Assembly (NCBI GenBank): GCA_965240325.2
Contig: OZ251243.1
Span: forward strand, 682,001 to 746,000
DNA length: 64,000 nt
Direction of reading: 5' to 3'
Source: Rebecca billardiae RCC1528
Lineage: Eukaryota > Protista > Haptophyta
The notes under the pieces were generated by a model. It saw nothing but the letters and a program-made list of their open reading frames with translations. It searched no databases and was not told the origin of the DNA. A program made the position numbers and the translations under genes. Positions 49,551 to 61,470 of the stretch are shown in pieces (the first letter of the stretch is position 1; each line of letters begins with the position of its first letter).

Positions 49551-49783
49551 GCCGCCGCCGTGCTCTCTGCGCCGTGTGCCGAGCGCGCGCAAGCAGCGCG
49601 AGCAGGCGCAGCCGCGCTGCGCTGCGCTGCCGCCCGGCCCCTGATGGCCGACGCGGACACAGTCCGTGTCGCACTGCGATGAGCGCGCGTGCTGTGCTGC
49701 CGCGTCCCGCCGGGTGCAGTACGATGGCTGCCGCCCACCACGTGCCAGCGGCAGAGTCGACTGTATAGAACGGTCTCAATATT

Positions 49784-49890
49784 GAATGAATGAATGAATG
49801 AATGAATGAATGAATGAATGAATGAATGAATGAATGAATGAATGAATGAATGAATGAATGAATGAATGAATGAATGAATGAATGAATGAA

Positions 49891-49968
<78 letters not shown>
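49784..49968. repeat. (TGAA)n followed by (TA)n microsatellite
   Basis: About 27 GAAT units, then a TA run. Confidence 0.97.
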
Positions 49969-49970
<2 letters not shown>

Positions 49971-50740
49971 ACGCGCGTAGTGAAGTCTGCGATTAGTCGT
50001 CGTCTGAATTCAACGACCGGCCTTGGGGAAGCATCGCTGCATCATCGCCCATCGCCCCATCGGGCTCGGCGGACACTGATCTGGCGAAGGGCCGAATAAC
50101 GGGCATGTAGTCGGCCCGACAGACATTTCAGAACATCGGGTCCTCATCATCGGCCAGTCAGCGCCCGGATGCAGTAGTGATGCCAGGACTTAATTATTAA
50201 TATTTTAATTGATTGGCGGACGTGATGATAGACCGTCGCCACTCGCGGGAGCGCAGCTAGTATCGGTCGGCGGCGCGGCATCGCGGCGACCCTTAGAGTA
50301 TTATGCAGCGGGGCCACTGGGCACTCGAACAGCAGTCAATTATTAATTACTCTGACGATTCACACTGTTACGGCTAGTCTTAGTATAGTACTATAGTAGT
50401 AGCATCTAATCATCACCTACCGGACAGCTAATCATAGTTACACTGTCAGACCGACGGACGTACGTAGATTCACAGCTGACTGGCTGGCTTCGTGCTTTGC
50501 CTGACTGACCAAGTGCCTTCACGCCATTCAGTGTGAGTGTCTGAGTGACGGTCGTAGTCGTACGCTAACTACTCCGCCTAACTAGTCCGACGAGACTCCG
50601 ACCGTGTCCGTCACGGACACGTTGAGCGGTCGTAACGGTCAATAACGGACACGGTAAACGGTCAGAGCGGCGCCGGTCACTTAGCTATGATATTGATACG
50701 ATCGTGCTGCATGCTGCATGAATTCTGACATTCCATACTA

Positions 50741-51277
50741 CAGGCAAACGTGGGCAATAAGAAGTCAGGGATCTCACGGCTCGTCTCGGTTTCTTAGCCG
50801 TTCGGTAGCCCGAGCGCCTACGGAGTCTCAGTTTCTTAGCTAGGTCCGCCCGCCGTGCAGGCGTGGGGGGCGCAGGCGGGGGCAGAGCCCCCCGCTAAGT
50901 CCTTAGGCCAGGCCGGCGAGGCCGAACAAAACGTTATTGGGCCATTTTGGAGCAAATCTGGCATGATGTTGCATGGATGCCGCGGTGCACTGGCCAGGAG
51001 TCAGTCGCAGAGAAGTCGGGACTTGGCCTGTACTCGTAGTCGGGCCGCGCGCCGCGTCCCGCGCGCGGGCACTGCGCCTCGGCGGACCACGTGACGTCAG
51101 CCGCGACGGCAGTAGCTACTAGCTAGTCCCGGTTTCTCAGTGTGACTAGTATGATGCGCGTATAGCGAACCAGCCGCCAATATAATCGCTAGTCTCCGCC
51201 GTTTCTAGGCCAGATCCGCAGATAGCAAGCCCCAGTTTCTTAACGTGGCGCAGCTCCTTATTGCCCGCGATTGCCTG
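50741..51277. mobile_element. TA-flanked MITE with 24-bp TIRs starting CAG (Tc1/mariner/pogo-like)
   Basis: TA|CAGGCAAACGTGGGCAATAAGAAG versus CTCCTTATTGCCCGCGATTGCCTG (3 mismatches); the right TA is displaced by a small insertion. Confidence 0.75.
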
Positions 51278-51793
51278 CATCATGTAGCTAGTAGTTCAGA
51301 TGCCTGATCTCAGATGGCATTCTTAGAATCAGTAATTTTGTAATATATGGGGGGCAGGGCTGCGGGTGGCGCACTGTCTGACCTGGACGGAAGGCGCGGA
51401 CGCATTCTATGTGTCTGTTGCACTCTGAGCCTGACGCTTGTCCGATGCTGCCACGTCGTTAAATATATGAAATAATTATATCAAAATAATAACGTTAAAA
51501 TTAATTAATAGTTAGTTTAAAAAATGATGATGAATATGACGACGCGACTGCTGACGATGAGGCTACACATCATCGTCGAACACTGCGGGCTTGTGCTCAG
51601 AAGACGGATGCTGTATTCACGAAGTCGCAGCCTGCGAGCGGCTGCTCCAGTCATCGGATCATCACTCATCGTCGTCCATGACTAGCAGCGCAAGCCGCCG
51701 CGAGGCCGCCCGCCGCCCGGCCGGCGCCAGCTCGGGCGTCGCCAGTGGACCGCCCGAAAAGGACTAGCTGCCTGCGCCACGGCGGTAGCGAGA

Positions 51794-53949
51794 TCAATCC
51801 TTGTCCTTCTTCTTCTTCTTCTTGGCGGACTTGTCGCCATCCGCGTCGTCCGCCTGGCAGCGGGCATCGCGGGGCGCGAGGCGGCCAGTCACGCGCGAGC
51901 TCGGTGAGCAAGGGCTCACAAGGCCGCCCCGAGCTCCATGCCCGCTCGGCAGACAGCGCTGGAGGGCTCGGGGCGCGTGCCGGCGCCAGCGCCGCGCACC
52001 TTCGCCTTCGCCTCCTTCTCCTCCTTCTTCTTCTTCTTCTTCGGCTTCTCCTCCTCCACCTCCTTGTCCTTGCCCTTCTGCTTGCGCTTCTTCCCGCCGC
52101 CGTCCTCGGCGCCGCCCTCGGCCGCGCGCAGCTCCTCGACCGCCTCCTTCATGACGTCGACGTTCTTGCGCGGCGTCTCGCCCGTGTCGTAGAAGCGCAG
52201 CCGCTCCTCCACCTGCTCCTTGAGCTTCTCGCCGAAGAGGCTCGACTGGAGCGCGGCCGGCGCGCGCGCGCGCGCGCGCGCACGCGCGTGAGCGGCCGGC
52301 GCGCATCGCGCCGCTGCGCCCCGCTCGGCAGCGCGGCGCGCGGCCGGCGCGCGCACCGGTTCCTCAGAGAAGGCGTCGATGCGGCTGGCGATCGAGCACT
52401 TGTTGGCGAGGTACCGCGAGATCCGCCCCTTGTTCTTCGTGCCCGCGCGGCCGATGAAGGTCGAGTGGAAGATCAGCCCGTACTTGGGCGTGTTCCCCTT
52501 CGTCTTGAGCGCGCGGAACAGCGCCTTCTCCGCGCCCAGGATCTGCACGGTACTCGCCGGGTATTTTGAGAGGTTGGTGAGCGAGCCCGCGTGCGAGATC
52601 AGCCGCGCGCCGACCGTGTCGCCGATGAGCGCGGCGAGGTTGGGCGCGACCGCCGTCATCTTCGAGTGCAGGTACTCCGCGAGCGACTGCCGCGCGCGCA
52701 GTGCGGCGCGCTCGTGGCCGGCGTCAGACGGCGCGCGCGCTGGCGCGGCGCTCGCCGCGCGCACCGCGAGCCACGCCGCCCCGCCCGCGCCGCGACGCGC
52801 CCGCCCTCGCGCGCGCTGTGCCCGGACGCGCCTCGACCGCGCGTCGGCCGCGCGCCCAGCGCGCGCGCGCGCGCGCGCCGCGCCACGCGAGGCACACCTT
52901 GCGGTACTCCGCCAGCTTCGCCACGCGCTCGGCGAACATGTGGATGTTGAGCAGGTCGACGTCGGAAATGTCCATGCCCATCGACGTCTTGGACGCCTCG
53001 TACACGAGCGCGCCCTTCTCCGCGTCGAGCAGGAGCTCGCCGAGCGCGGAGACGCGCTCGGGCGTGAGCGAGTCGCGCCGCTTGATGAACTGCGCCGCGC
53101 GCGCGTACAGGTAGTTGTCGTTCACGATCTTCACCAGCTCGGGGAAGTGCCACGAGTACCACTCGCGCACGCGCATCGCAAATGTGTTGATGTCCTTCTC
53201 GAGCAGGTCGAGCAGCGCGATCGACTGGATGATGTGCTTGTCCGTGCGGTTCACGTCGAACTTGACCTTGGAGCGCGAGTACGCGTGCCCCAGGCCGAGC
53301 TGCGCCTTCTCCACATCGCCCTCGCGCATCACCTGCGCCGCGGCGCAGCGTACGGCGCGCGCGCCCCGTTGGCCGGGCGTGGGGCGAGTGCTCGCGCAGT
53401 CGCCAGAGCCCCTCGCCGTTCCGCTCCCTGGGCCCTCCGCCCCTCCAGCCCGCGCAGCCGACGCGGCGGGGTGCACCGCGCCACGCACAGCCCGCTCTTC
53501 GCCGCAGCCGCCGCGCGCGCAGTGCGCACCTTCACCAGCTTGCTGAAGTGCAGCCGCACTCCGCGTATCAACTCGAGGCACAGCTCGTTGCACACGCACG
53601 GGATGCCGGTCGCCTCCTGGACGGTGCCGCCCACCTTGGGGTCGGAGACGCCCAGCGCGAACTTGGCCTTCTCCTTCCCTCCCTTCATCGACTTGGCCAG
53701 GTTGCTCTCGAGGAACTCGCGCAGGTCGTCCGTCATCATGCCGTCTGAGACGTCGTTGATGTTCTCGAGCGCATTCTCCGCCGACGTGAACGGCTTGAAT
53801 GCCTTGAGGCTGCAGATCTGCGAGAAGCGGCCAAAGTCGGTCATTGCGCGCTGCGACTCCTCGCTCTTCACGCCAATCTCCTCCGAGCCCTTGCGCTCCA
53901 CCAGGGCGTACCCCGAGGCGCTCTCGAAGAGCAGATATCGTACCTCCAT
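51794..53949 (-). CDS. NOP56: Nucleolar protein 56 (box C/D snoRNP), 5 exons
   Basis: [85 protein letters not shown], Lys-rich tail. Confidence 0.95.
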
Positions 53950-54357
53950 GGCCGCGACGCCCGAGGTGCCAAGGCTACGGGCTGCCCCTTCCAAAGTCCG
54001 GCCCGGGCGGGCGCGGGCGTGGTCCGGTGCGCAGCCGGCTACCACCCCTCCCGCACCGGCGGGCGTGACTCGGACAGTCTCGGTTGATCAACAGCAAAAC
54101 TTACACCGACGCGCTTCAACGCTACCACGAGCTCAGCAGTGGCTTCAAGGCAGGGCACCCACGCCCCGGCGCCCAATGATCGGGGATGATTCGGGCGTAG
54201 TCGCCATGCGACCAATAACGCCAGTGACGCGGTTTTAATTCATCGTCCCGGGCGACATCCCGCGGATCCCGCCATCCCGGGATTCTCGATCGGCAGTCGT
54301 CACGTCAGATTCCCGTCTAGCGCGGCGGCGCGCGCCGCGTCCTGGGACTGGCACCAC

Positions 54358-55792
54358 TCAGGCCGCGCTGTAGAGCGACAGCATGTGCCGCTTGTAGATC
54401 GCCATGAACTTTGCAACGAACGCCTCCAGGTGGAAGATGGCCTTGGTGCCGCTGCGCATGCGGTGCTCGTACTGCGCGGCAGAGTGCAGCAGCTCCATCT
54501 GCACAAGCGGCTCGCCCTTGAGCTTGGCGAGCAGCGCGCGCGTGAGCCCCTCCATCACCATGTCCGGCGGGATGCAGTGCGCCAGCAGGTCGTACAGCTT
54601 GCCGCGCACCGTGAGCAGCTTCGCCGGCGTCTGCTCGCGCATGCAGTCGAGCGCGATCTCGTTGATGTAGCGCTCCCAGTCCGCCTGCTTCACCTGCTGC
54701 TCTGCACTGAACGGGTACTGCGACACCTGCGCAACGGCCGGGCGGCAGGGCGGGGGACGGGCGCGCGGCGGGCTGAGGCCGCAGCGCCCGACGCGCGCGC
54801 AGAGCACCCCGCTGCCCGCGGGCCGCGCGCTCGAGCTGGCGTACGGCACGCTGGCGCGGCGCGCACCCGCGCAGCCTCGAGCAGCAGCAGTGCCTTGCGC
54901 AGGTTGCCGCGCGCCTCCGCCGCGAGCCGCTTGGCGAACTCGTCGGGGAGCGTGAGCGACTCCTTCCGCGCGGTGGCGTGCAGGATGGAGAGCACGTCCT
55001 CCTCCGCCGGCGCCGCGACGCGCAGGCAGAGGCAGCGCGAGCGGATCGGCGCGATCACCCGGCACGCATTGTTACACGTCATTATCACGCGGCAGGTGGC
55101 AATGTACCTGCGCGGCCGCGGCGCGCGGGCGGGCGGGTGGCAGGGGGGGGCGGGGCGAGCTGAGCTGGTCACGCAGAGCCGAGCCGACGCCGCGCGGACG
55201 CGGCCGGGGCGCCCCGCGGCGCTGGCACGCCTGCCGCGGCACAGAGGCGCATCTTGATGCAGGCTGCCGGCCGGCTCGCAGCCAGCCGGGGCGCCACGGG
55301 AGGCGGGGCGGGCGCGCACTTCTCCATCGTGCGGCGGAGGGCGTGCTGGGCGTCCTTGGAGAGATTGTCCACCTCGTTCAGCACGACCACCTTAAACGGC
55401 ACCCACGCTCGGCTGTCCGCCGTCGACGCCGTCGGAAGCGGCGCGGACGCCGCGATGTCCTTGATCACCTCCTGGACGACGTCACGGTCGCGGTTGCCCG
55501 CGTCGCCCGGGTTGAGCTCGAGGTGGTGCGGGCTGGAGAGGATGGGCACCTCAACGCTCGTCGATCCCACCTTGAACTGCTTGTGCTCCACCTTCACCTG
55601 CTCCACCCTGCTCCCGTAGATCTCGCGAAGCAGCGCGAGCACGCGCGTCTTCTTGCCCGCGCCCGAAGGTCCGTACAGCATCATGTGCGGAAAGTCGCCG
55701 CGCTCGACCATCTTCTTGAGCGCATGTGACAGCTCCACGTGGTAGTCCAGCTCGCCGAACGAGCGCGGCCGGTGCTTGTCCACCCAGAGCAT
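54358..55792 (-). CDS. RFC3: Replication factor C small subunit (human RFC3 / yeast Rfc5 type), 3 exons
   Basis: MLWVDKHRP, GPSGAGKKTR, VVVLNEVDNLSKDAQHALRRTMEKY, IAPIRSRC, KAIFHLEAFVAKFM. Confidence 0.95.
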
Positions 55793-56055
55793 CGCTCGGC
55801 ACTCGTCGCGGCAAAAATGCGCCCTGCCGCGGCCGCTCCGCGTGTAGTGCCACCGGTCGTGCTCCTTGAGCGCAGGCCCGCAGGTTGGGCGCCCGGACCT
55901 GGCCGGGCGCCGGACTTTGAAAGGGTCTACAAAGCTTGCGAGCGTACGTACCCCCATCATAGTATTTGACGAGCCAAAGTTCAGTGAAAGTTGCCCAATG
56001 CCCCATCTGCCGGCCGCAAGAATAAACCCGAAACGCCGGCCGCGAGCGCGACAGC

Positions 56056-56209
56056 ATGTCGGGCGCCGACGGGCAGCTCTTCGAGCTGCCCAAGATGCCC
56101 GAGACGGGCGCGCTGGGCTCATGGGCACGCGAGTCAGCGAATCAGCTCTCCTTCTCCTTTGCCGAGCAGTCTACCGCCGCCGAGCCGCTCTACCCGCTCG
56201 CGGGCGCGC
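56056..56209 (+). CDS. 5' fragment of a hypothetical protein, truncated by gap
   Basis: MSGADGQLFELPKMPETG.. with host-like codon use, divergent from RFC3, running into the N gap. Confidence 0.4.
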
Positions 56210-57277
56210 NNNNNNNNNNNNNNNNNNNNNNNNNNNNNNNNNNNNNNNNNNNNNNNNNNNNNNNNNNNNNNNNNNNNNNNNNNNNNNNNNNNNNNNNNNN
56301 NNNNNNNNNCGGATGAGGCGAGGACGATCTCGAAGGCGCACGGCGCAGAGAGGGTCGCCGGACATTCCTGCGACAGCTGAAGCCCCGTGCCGCCTCCGCA
56401 GCCCGATCCAATGGCCGCAGCCGAGCACACCACGGCTGCGGCGCTGCTGTTGTTAGGCCGGAGTAGATGCCGACGCGCTGCTAGCGGTGAGCGGGCGCCC
56501 GGCTGCCAGCAGTGGTCAGGAGCGCTGATCATGATGACGACTCGTACGTGACTTGGACTGTAGTCCAGGCTCGGCGCACGCGCCGCACCGCGCCACGATG
56601 CGATCTTAGAGTATAGCTAGAGCCTAGACGACAAAGCCGCGGCATATATATAGATATATATAGATATAGATATATATATATAGTTATATATATATATATA
56701 GTTCATCAGATATAATAATAACGGTTTCGACGACTTATCAATATCGGTCTCGGGTTGATGGGGTTACCGGCATAATGGGGTTGATGACCCGGGACGCGCA
56801 CCCGTGCTCGCGCGAACTCAGCCGCAGTGGCGTCGGATTCTTACGCCACTCGGCACTCGCCCGATCATACGCGGGCCGACTCGGAACGGGTCGTCGAATG
56901 AAGGGCGGAAGGCGGCCCGGATGACGATGACGACGACGTGACTAGTAGTAGATGAATATATGACGATGATACGCTCGATCCGTGTGCGAGTACTCTGTAC
57001 TGCGGTCGCGGACTGCCGTACGGACGTAGACGGGGCACGGGCTCAGGGCTGCCGCCGGCGAGGTCGGTGCCACACGGGCGGCTTCTCGTGTGATGTGCGC
57101 GTGGCTAGCTAGAACAGTAGCCTGAGACTCGGAGCGGGGGCCGACCGGACGGAGTCTCGCCGACACCGCGCATCTGACGCATCTGATCATGGGCATGGCG
57201 CAGGGCCAGGTCACTCAGGTGGCCCCGCGATCAGCGATGTGACATCGGTCAGTGATGAGCACTGGTGTCATATGGCC

Positions 57278-58819
57278 CTAGTAGTCCCCGCCCTGGATGA
57301 TGCGTCCGAGCGGCGGCGGGCATTGCGGGACGGCCGAGTTGTTGCCGATGTGCGCCTGGTACATGCTCGGGCACATGGCCTGGAAGTGCGTGCCGCCAAA
57401 CCCGCGCGTCTTTTTGCGCAGGCCGCCCTCGGCGACGAGCATCGACCGGCCCGGGCGGTCGAGCTCGAAGACGACGACGTAGCGCGGGTCAGTCCCGTTG
57501 CCCGACGCGCGGTGCAACGCGTTCGAGTCAAAGATGAAGCCGCCACCCTTCGGCCCGCCCAGCGCCTCCACCTTGTGGTTGGCGTTCACCCAGTCGCCAT
57601 CGTACTGCGTGTCGTGCAGCCGTGACTGCGCAAACCAGTGGTAGTTGTGCGTGCCCGTTGCGACGCGCGTCGCGCGGCCGGTGATCGGGTGGACGTCGTG
57701 CAGGAAGAGGAAGATCTTGAGCCGGCGGCCCGCCTGGTCGTGGTGCCACGCGGCCACCGGGAAGTTCGCGTCCGTCGCCGTCGGCTGGATCGCCGACGCC
57801 TTCCAGCCAAAAGTGCATGCGTGCGGGCTGCCCTCCGCGCCCAAGTAAGCGTCCACGGCGAGCCGGAGCGCGCGCCACTTGAAGATGGGCGCGAGCTTGG
57901 CCTCGAGGCCCTGCGGCCGCTTGCCCGGGTCGCCACTGATCTTCGACCTCTTCAGCAGCTTGATGGACGTTCTGGCGATCGCGTCCAGGTCGAGTCCGGG
58001 GAAGTGCTCGATCCGGGCCACGCCATCTCGGTCAAGCGCCTCGAAGATGGCACGGCCCTGCTCCGCGCCCGCGCCGCGGAAGATCGCATCGAGCTCGTGG
58101 CGCGGGCGGTAGCGCGCGGGCCAGTCGGCGTGGACGAAGCGGGAGTGGATCGTCGCGCCGGGCATGTTGGCGTTGCACTTGTCCCCCAGCCACGAGTCCG
58201 GCACCGGCGTGGCCGCGTGGACGCGCTCAGCGAACGGACGCATCGGACCCATGTGATCAAAGTAGAGCTGCCGCAGCGCGCGCAGGGGCGGCTCGTCAAG
58301 CAGCTCGCGCAGCAAGGCGCGGGGCGACTCGTCCATCCGCTTGCGGATCCACGGGCCCACGTCGACTCCCGCCTCGCTCACGGCCACGCCCGAGCTCAGC
58401 GCGTGCGCGGCGAGCCTAGCGAGCGTCTCGTTGCGGACGAGAGCACAGAAGTCCTCATGGTAAGCCGAGTAGGCCGTCGCCATGAGCTCGCGCCGCGGCC
58501 CGAGGCTGACGCTCTGGGACCCAGGATTTCGTGTGGCACGCCTCGCGCTCGACGGCGTGAACGGGTGCGGGATCTGCGCGAGGATCGGCTCGAGGCTGCC
58601 GAGGGCGCGGCCACGCTCGCGAGACTCGATGCAGTCTAGGGCGGTCGTGGTGAGCGTGCGCCTCGGCCCGTGCTGGAGGGGGGCGGGGTGCTTGGCCCGA
58701 CCCCTCCTGCCGTACTTGCCACCGCCGCTACCGCCGCCACCGCCGCGAGAGTGCCGACATGCGGCCTCGGGTGCCACGAGCAGCAGGAGGGTGGAGACAG
58801 CCAACGCGATCCCCATCAT
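57278..58819 (-). CDS. Secreted PhyH-like Fe(II)/2-oxoglutarate dioxygenase
   Basis: Signal peptide MMGIALAVSTLLLLVAPEAAC; LDRDGVARI; WHHD (HxD); KIFLFLHDV; FIFDSNALHRAS (distal His). Confidence 0.8.
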   Translation of the reverse strand: MMGIALAVSTLLLLVAPEAACRHSRGGGGGSGGGKYGRRGRAKHPAPLQHGPRRTLTTTALDCIESRERGRALGSLEPILAQIPHPFTPSSARRATRNPGSQSVSLGPRRELMATAYSAYHEDFCALVRNETLARLAAHALSSGVAVSEAGVDVGPWIRKRMDESPRALLRELLDEPPLRALRQLYFDHMGPMRPFAERVHAATPVPDSWLGDKCNANMPGATIHSRFVHADWPARYRPRHELDAIFRGAGAEQGRAIFEALDRDGVARIEHFPGLDLDAIARTSIKLLKRSKISGDPGKRPQGLEAKLAPIFKWRALRLAVDAYLGAEGSPHACTFGWKASAIQPTATDANFPVAAWHHDQAGRRLKIFLFLHDVHPITGRATRVATGTHNYHWFAQSRLHDTQYDGDWVNANHKVEALGGPKGGGFIFDSNALHRASGNGTDPRYVVVFELDRPGRSMLVAEGGLRKKTRGFGGTHFQAMCPSMYQAHIGNNSAVPQCPPPLGRIIQGGDY

Positions 58820-59071
58820 GATTTTAGATTTCAGCTTGTTCGCTGCTCAGCGATTGGCGGAATTTCACCGTCACACACCTTGGCGCGCGCGCGCGCGCGC
58901 GGTTGTCATCCAAGGGAGCAGTGTGTCATCATCACTCCGAAGCAGATTTGGCCGATGAATCTCCAAAGTCCAATAAATCTCCCGCGATTCGGTCTCACGA
59001 GCTCACACTGCTTCCCCGCTGCGCTGCATACAGCATACAGCATCGTGCTCACTGCAGGCGGCCTTGCCACC

Positions 59072-60577
59072 ATGCTGCTGCTCGCGCTGCAAGCCCTTGC
59101 GGCGGTCGTCGCGAGCGCGTTGATGCAGGAGGAGTGCGCGCAGCTGCTGAGCTCGCTCACGGGCTCGCCGATCTTCTCGTCGAACGACACCCTCGCCTTC
59201 GTGCCGCACTCATCGCCGGGCTCGCTGCCAACCACGCCAGCGGTGGACAACCAGGCCATCATGGCCGACGTGTACGCCTGGCGCCAGCGGGCGTTGTGCG
59301 CAGAGCTGTCGCGCGACGTTCGCGCGGCGAGCCTGCTGCGAGAAGCATTCGTTCCGGGTGGCATGCGCGCGAGCGAACTAGGCGTCGAGATGGACGGCTA
59401 CTTTGCGCACGCACGCGCCAGCGCGTCGGAGCCGCTGCTCGACGCGCGCGCGGTCAGCGTGGACGAGCGCGTGCGGCTGGTGAGCAGGCTGCTCATGGGG
59501 TCCACCGACTGGGCGCGCGCGGCTGGGCGCACGCCCGACGCGATGTGCGGGCCGGACATGGCCCACGGTGCCGAGTTCAACCGACGCCGCCTGGAGACCA
59601 ACGCGCCCGTGCAGCACGCCCCGCCTGAGCGGATCGCGCAGATCGTCGGCGCGGACCCGCGCGCCGCGGCGATGTTCCGCGCCCTCGAGCGAGATGGGTT
59701 CGTGCGTATCGACCAGTTCGACGGCGGTGACGTCGCGCGCGTGGCGAAGCGAACCACGAGCGCCCTCGATCGGGCCGCGCGCCGCCTGAGCGCGAAGGAC
59801 GCGCACAGGGTGCAGGTTTTAGCTCCACAGAAGGACTCGCGCGCCGTGGTGGCTGAGATGACGCGCGTGCTGCACGAGCCGAGCCTGCGACGGGTGCTGC
59901 ACGCGTACCTCGCGCCGCACCTGCCCGCGTACAACATGAGCGGCAACGCCTTCTACCGCGCCACGCGGCTGGTCCCGTCCTTCCACGACAAGGCGCAGTT
60001 CCAGGCGGGCCACTGGCACCACGTGTGTGCGGCACTGCGGGCGCGCGCCACGGCCGTGCGCCTCCTCCGCGCCGAGCCTTTCCTCGCGTGTGCTGCGCGC
60101 TGTGTGTGGTGTGAGCGCGCGCGCGCGCGAGCGACTGACGTGCTGTGCCCTGCGTGCCTCGCGCAGGACGGCGTCGGCCGCCAGCTCAAGCTCTTCTACC
60201 TGGCGCACGACGTGAACGAGACCGGCGCTCGCGCCATGTGGATCGCTCCGGGCTCGCACAAGCTGTACTACTACAGCTCCACGTGCTACCTCGACTCGCG
60301 CTTTGACGAGGGGTGGGTGCGGCGAAGGTACGACGTACAGCGGTTGGGCGGGCGCGCGGGGGGCGGGTTCTTGTTCGACACGAACGTGCTCCACCGCGCG
60401 TCGTGGGAGGATGTCGGTGCGCGGCGCGATACGCTGCAGGTGCAGCTCGTCTCGCCCGGTAAGTGCGACGCGCTCGTCCAACCGCGCCCGGGTGCCCCAC
60501 GCGTGACTTACTGGACATGCCCGTTCCATAACGGGGTGCCGGTGCTCGGCATGGAGCAGCACGGGGTCAGGAGATAG
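59072..60577 (+). CDS. Secreted PhyH-like Fe(II)/2-oxoglutarate dioxygenase, paralog, 2 exons
   Basis: Signal MLLLALQALAAVVASA; LERDGFVRI; WHH|D split by intron 60023-60166; KLFYLAHDV; FLFDTNVLHRAS. Confidence 0.8.
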   Translation: MLLLALQALAAVVASALMQEECAQLLSSLTGSPIFSSNDTLAFVPHSSPGSLPTTPAVDNQAIMADVYAWRQRALCAELSRDVRAASLLREAFVPGGMRASELGVEMDGYFAHARASASEPLLDARAVSVDERVRLVSRLLMGSTDWARAAGRTPDAMCGPDMAHGAEFNRRRLETNAPVQHAPPERIAQIVGADPRAAAMFRALERDGFVRIDQFDGGDVARVAKRTTSALDRAARRLSAKDAHRVQVLAPQKDSRAVVAEMTRVLHEPSLRRVLHAYLAPHLPAYNMSGNAFYRATRLVPSFHDKAQFQAGHWHHVCAALRARATAVRLLRAEPFLACAARCVWCERARARATDVLCPACLAQDGVGRQLKLFYLAHDVNETGARAMWIAPGSHKLYYYSSTCYLDSRFDEGWVRRRYDVQRLGGRAGGGFLFDTNVLHRASWEDVGARRDTLQVQLVSPGKCDALVQPRPGAPRVTYWTCPFHNGVPVLGMEQHGVRR

Positions 60578-60848
60578 CACGATATGAGGGCGGTACCGCC
60601 CGCACTACCGGTCGTTCGGCGCCGGTTCCGAGCCTTCAAGGAGTGACTCGACCGGCGGGCCGTGCGCAAGGCCACCGTTGCCTTGAAGCCGCTTCGGGCA
60701 AGCCGGGCGAGGTCGCATTTGGCGGGCCGTACGTCCGCCCCTTGTACTAGCTGCCCGGGGAAAAGAAAATAAAATGATCGGCTACGCCGATCTTCGGGTA
60801 GTGAACAACGAAGTTGATGGCGCACGGCCCTGGTAGTTGTCGCGTTCT

Positions 60849-61470
60849 TCACCGAATCACTACGATGCGCGCGCCCGGCGCCGTCGCCGTGCAGGAGGCG
60901 CGGGCGCGAGTAATCCGGACTCGATCGACGGCCTCGGGGGTCTGGGCCGTGTCGAACTCGACGCGCAGCAGCCGCAGCGCCTCCGCCCGGTGCGCTTCGG
61001 GCAGCCCTGCTGTGGCCGCGCGCAGCGCTGAGATCGCGCTCGGCAGCCCGCCCGTCAGCCTCGCACAGCCTCGCGCGCCGGCGGGATCGGCGCAGCGTCG
61101 GACAAGCTCGCGCAGCTCGTCGTCGGCGTCGGCGGGGAAGAGCGTCGCGAGCAGCCGCGGCTCGAGCCTGTCTACGATGTCCCGCAGCCGCAGCAGCCGC
61201 TCCTTGCACGCCCTCGGCGTCTTCCCCTCGAATGCGGGCCACGCGCGCCTGCGAGGTCGCGTGCAGCAGCGCATACTGCGACTGCAGCAGGCCAATGTCC
61301 CGCGGCTCGAGCCTGTCTACGATGTCCCGCAGCCGCAGCAGCCGCTCCTTGCACGCCCTCGGCGTCTTCCCCTCGAATGCGGGCCACGCGCGCTGCGAGG
61401 TCGCGTGCAGCACGTGCGCCGATACTAGCCTGGTCCATCCCGATTTTCGCCACTGAAAAAGCCTTTTTCG
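60849..61470 (-). pseudogene. Disrupted ORF with Myb/SANT-like helix and internal duplication; probable TE remnant
   Basis: AWPAFEGKTPRACKERLLRL is duplicated (~61157-61270 and ~61302-61411). A related DIGLLQSQY segment recurs at ~63371-63398. Confidence 0.35.

Noticed and set aside
58670-59071. N-terminal extension of the 635-aa ORF and read-through of 60023-60166
   Set aside because: The extension overlaps the divergent gene and the signal peptide starts at 59072. The in-frame insert has GT..AG ends and splits the HxD motif, so it is an intron.
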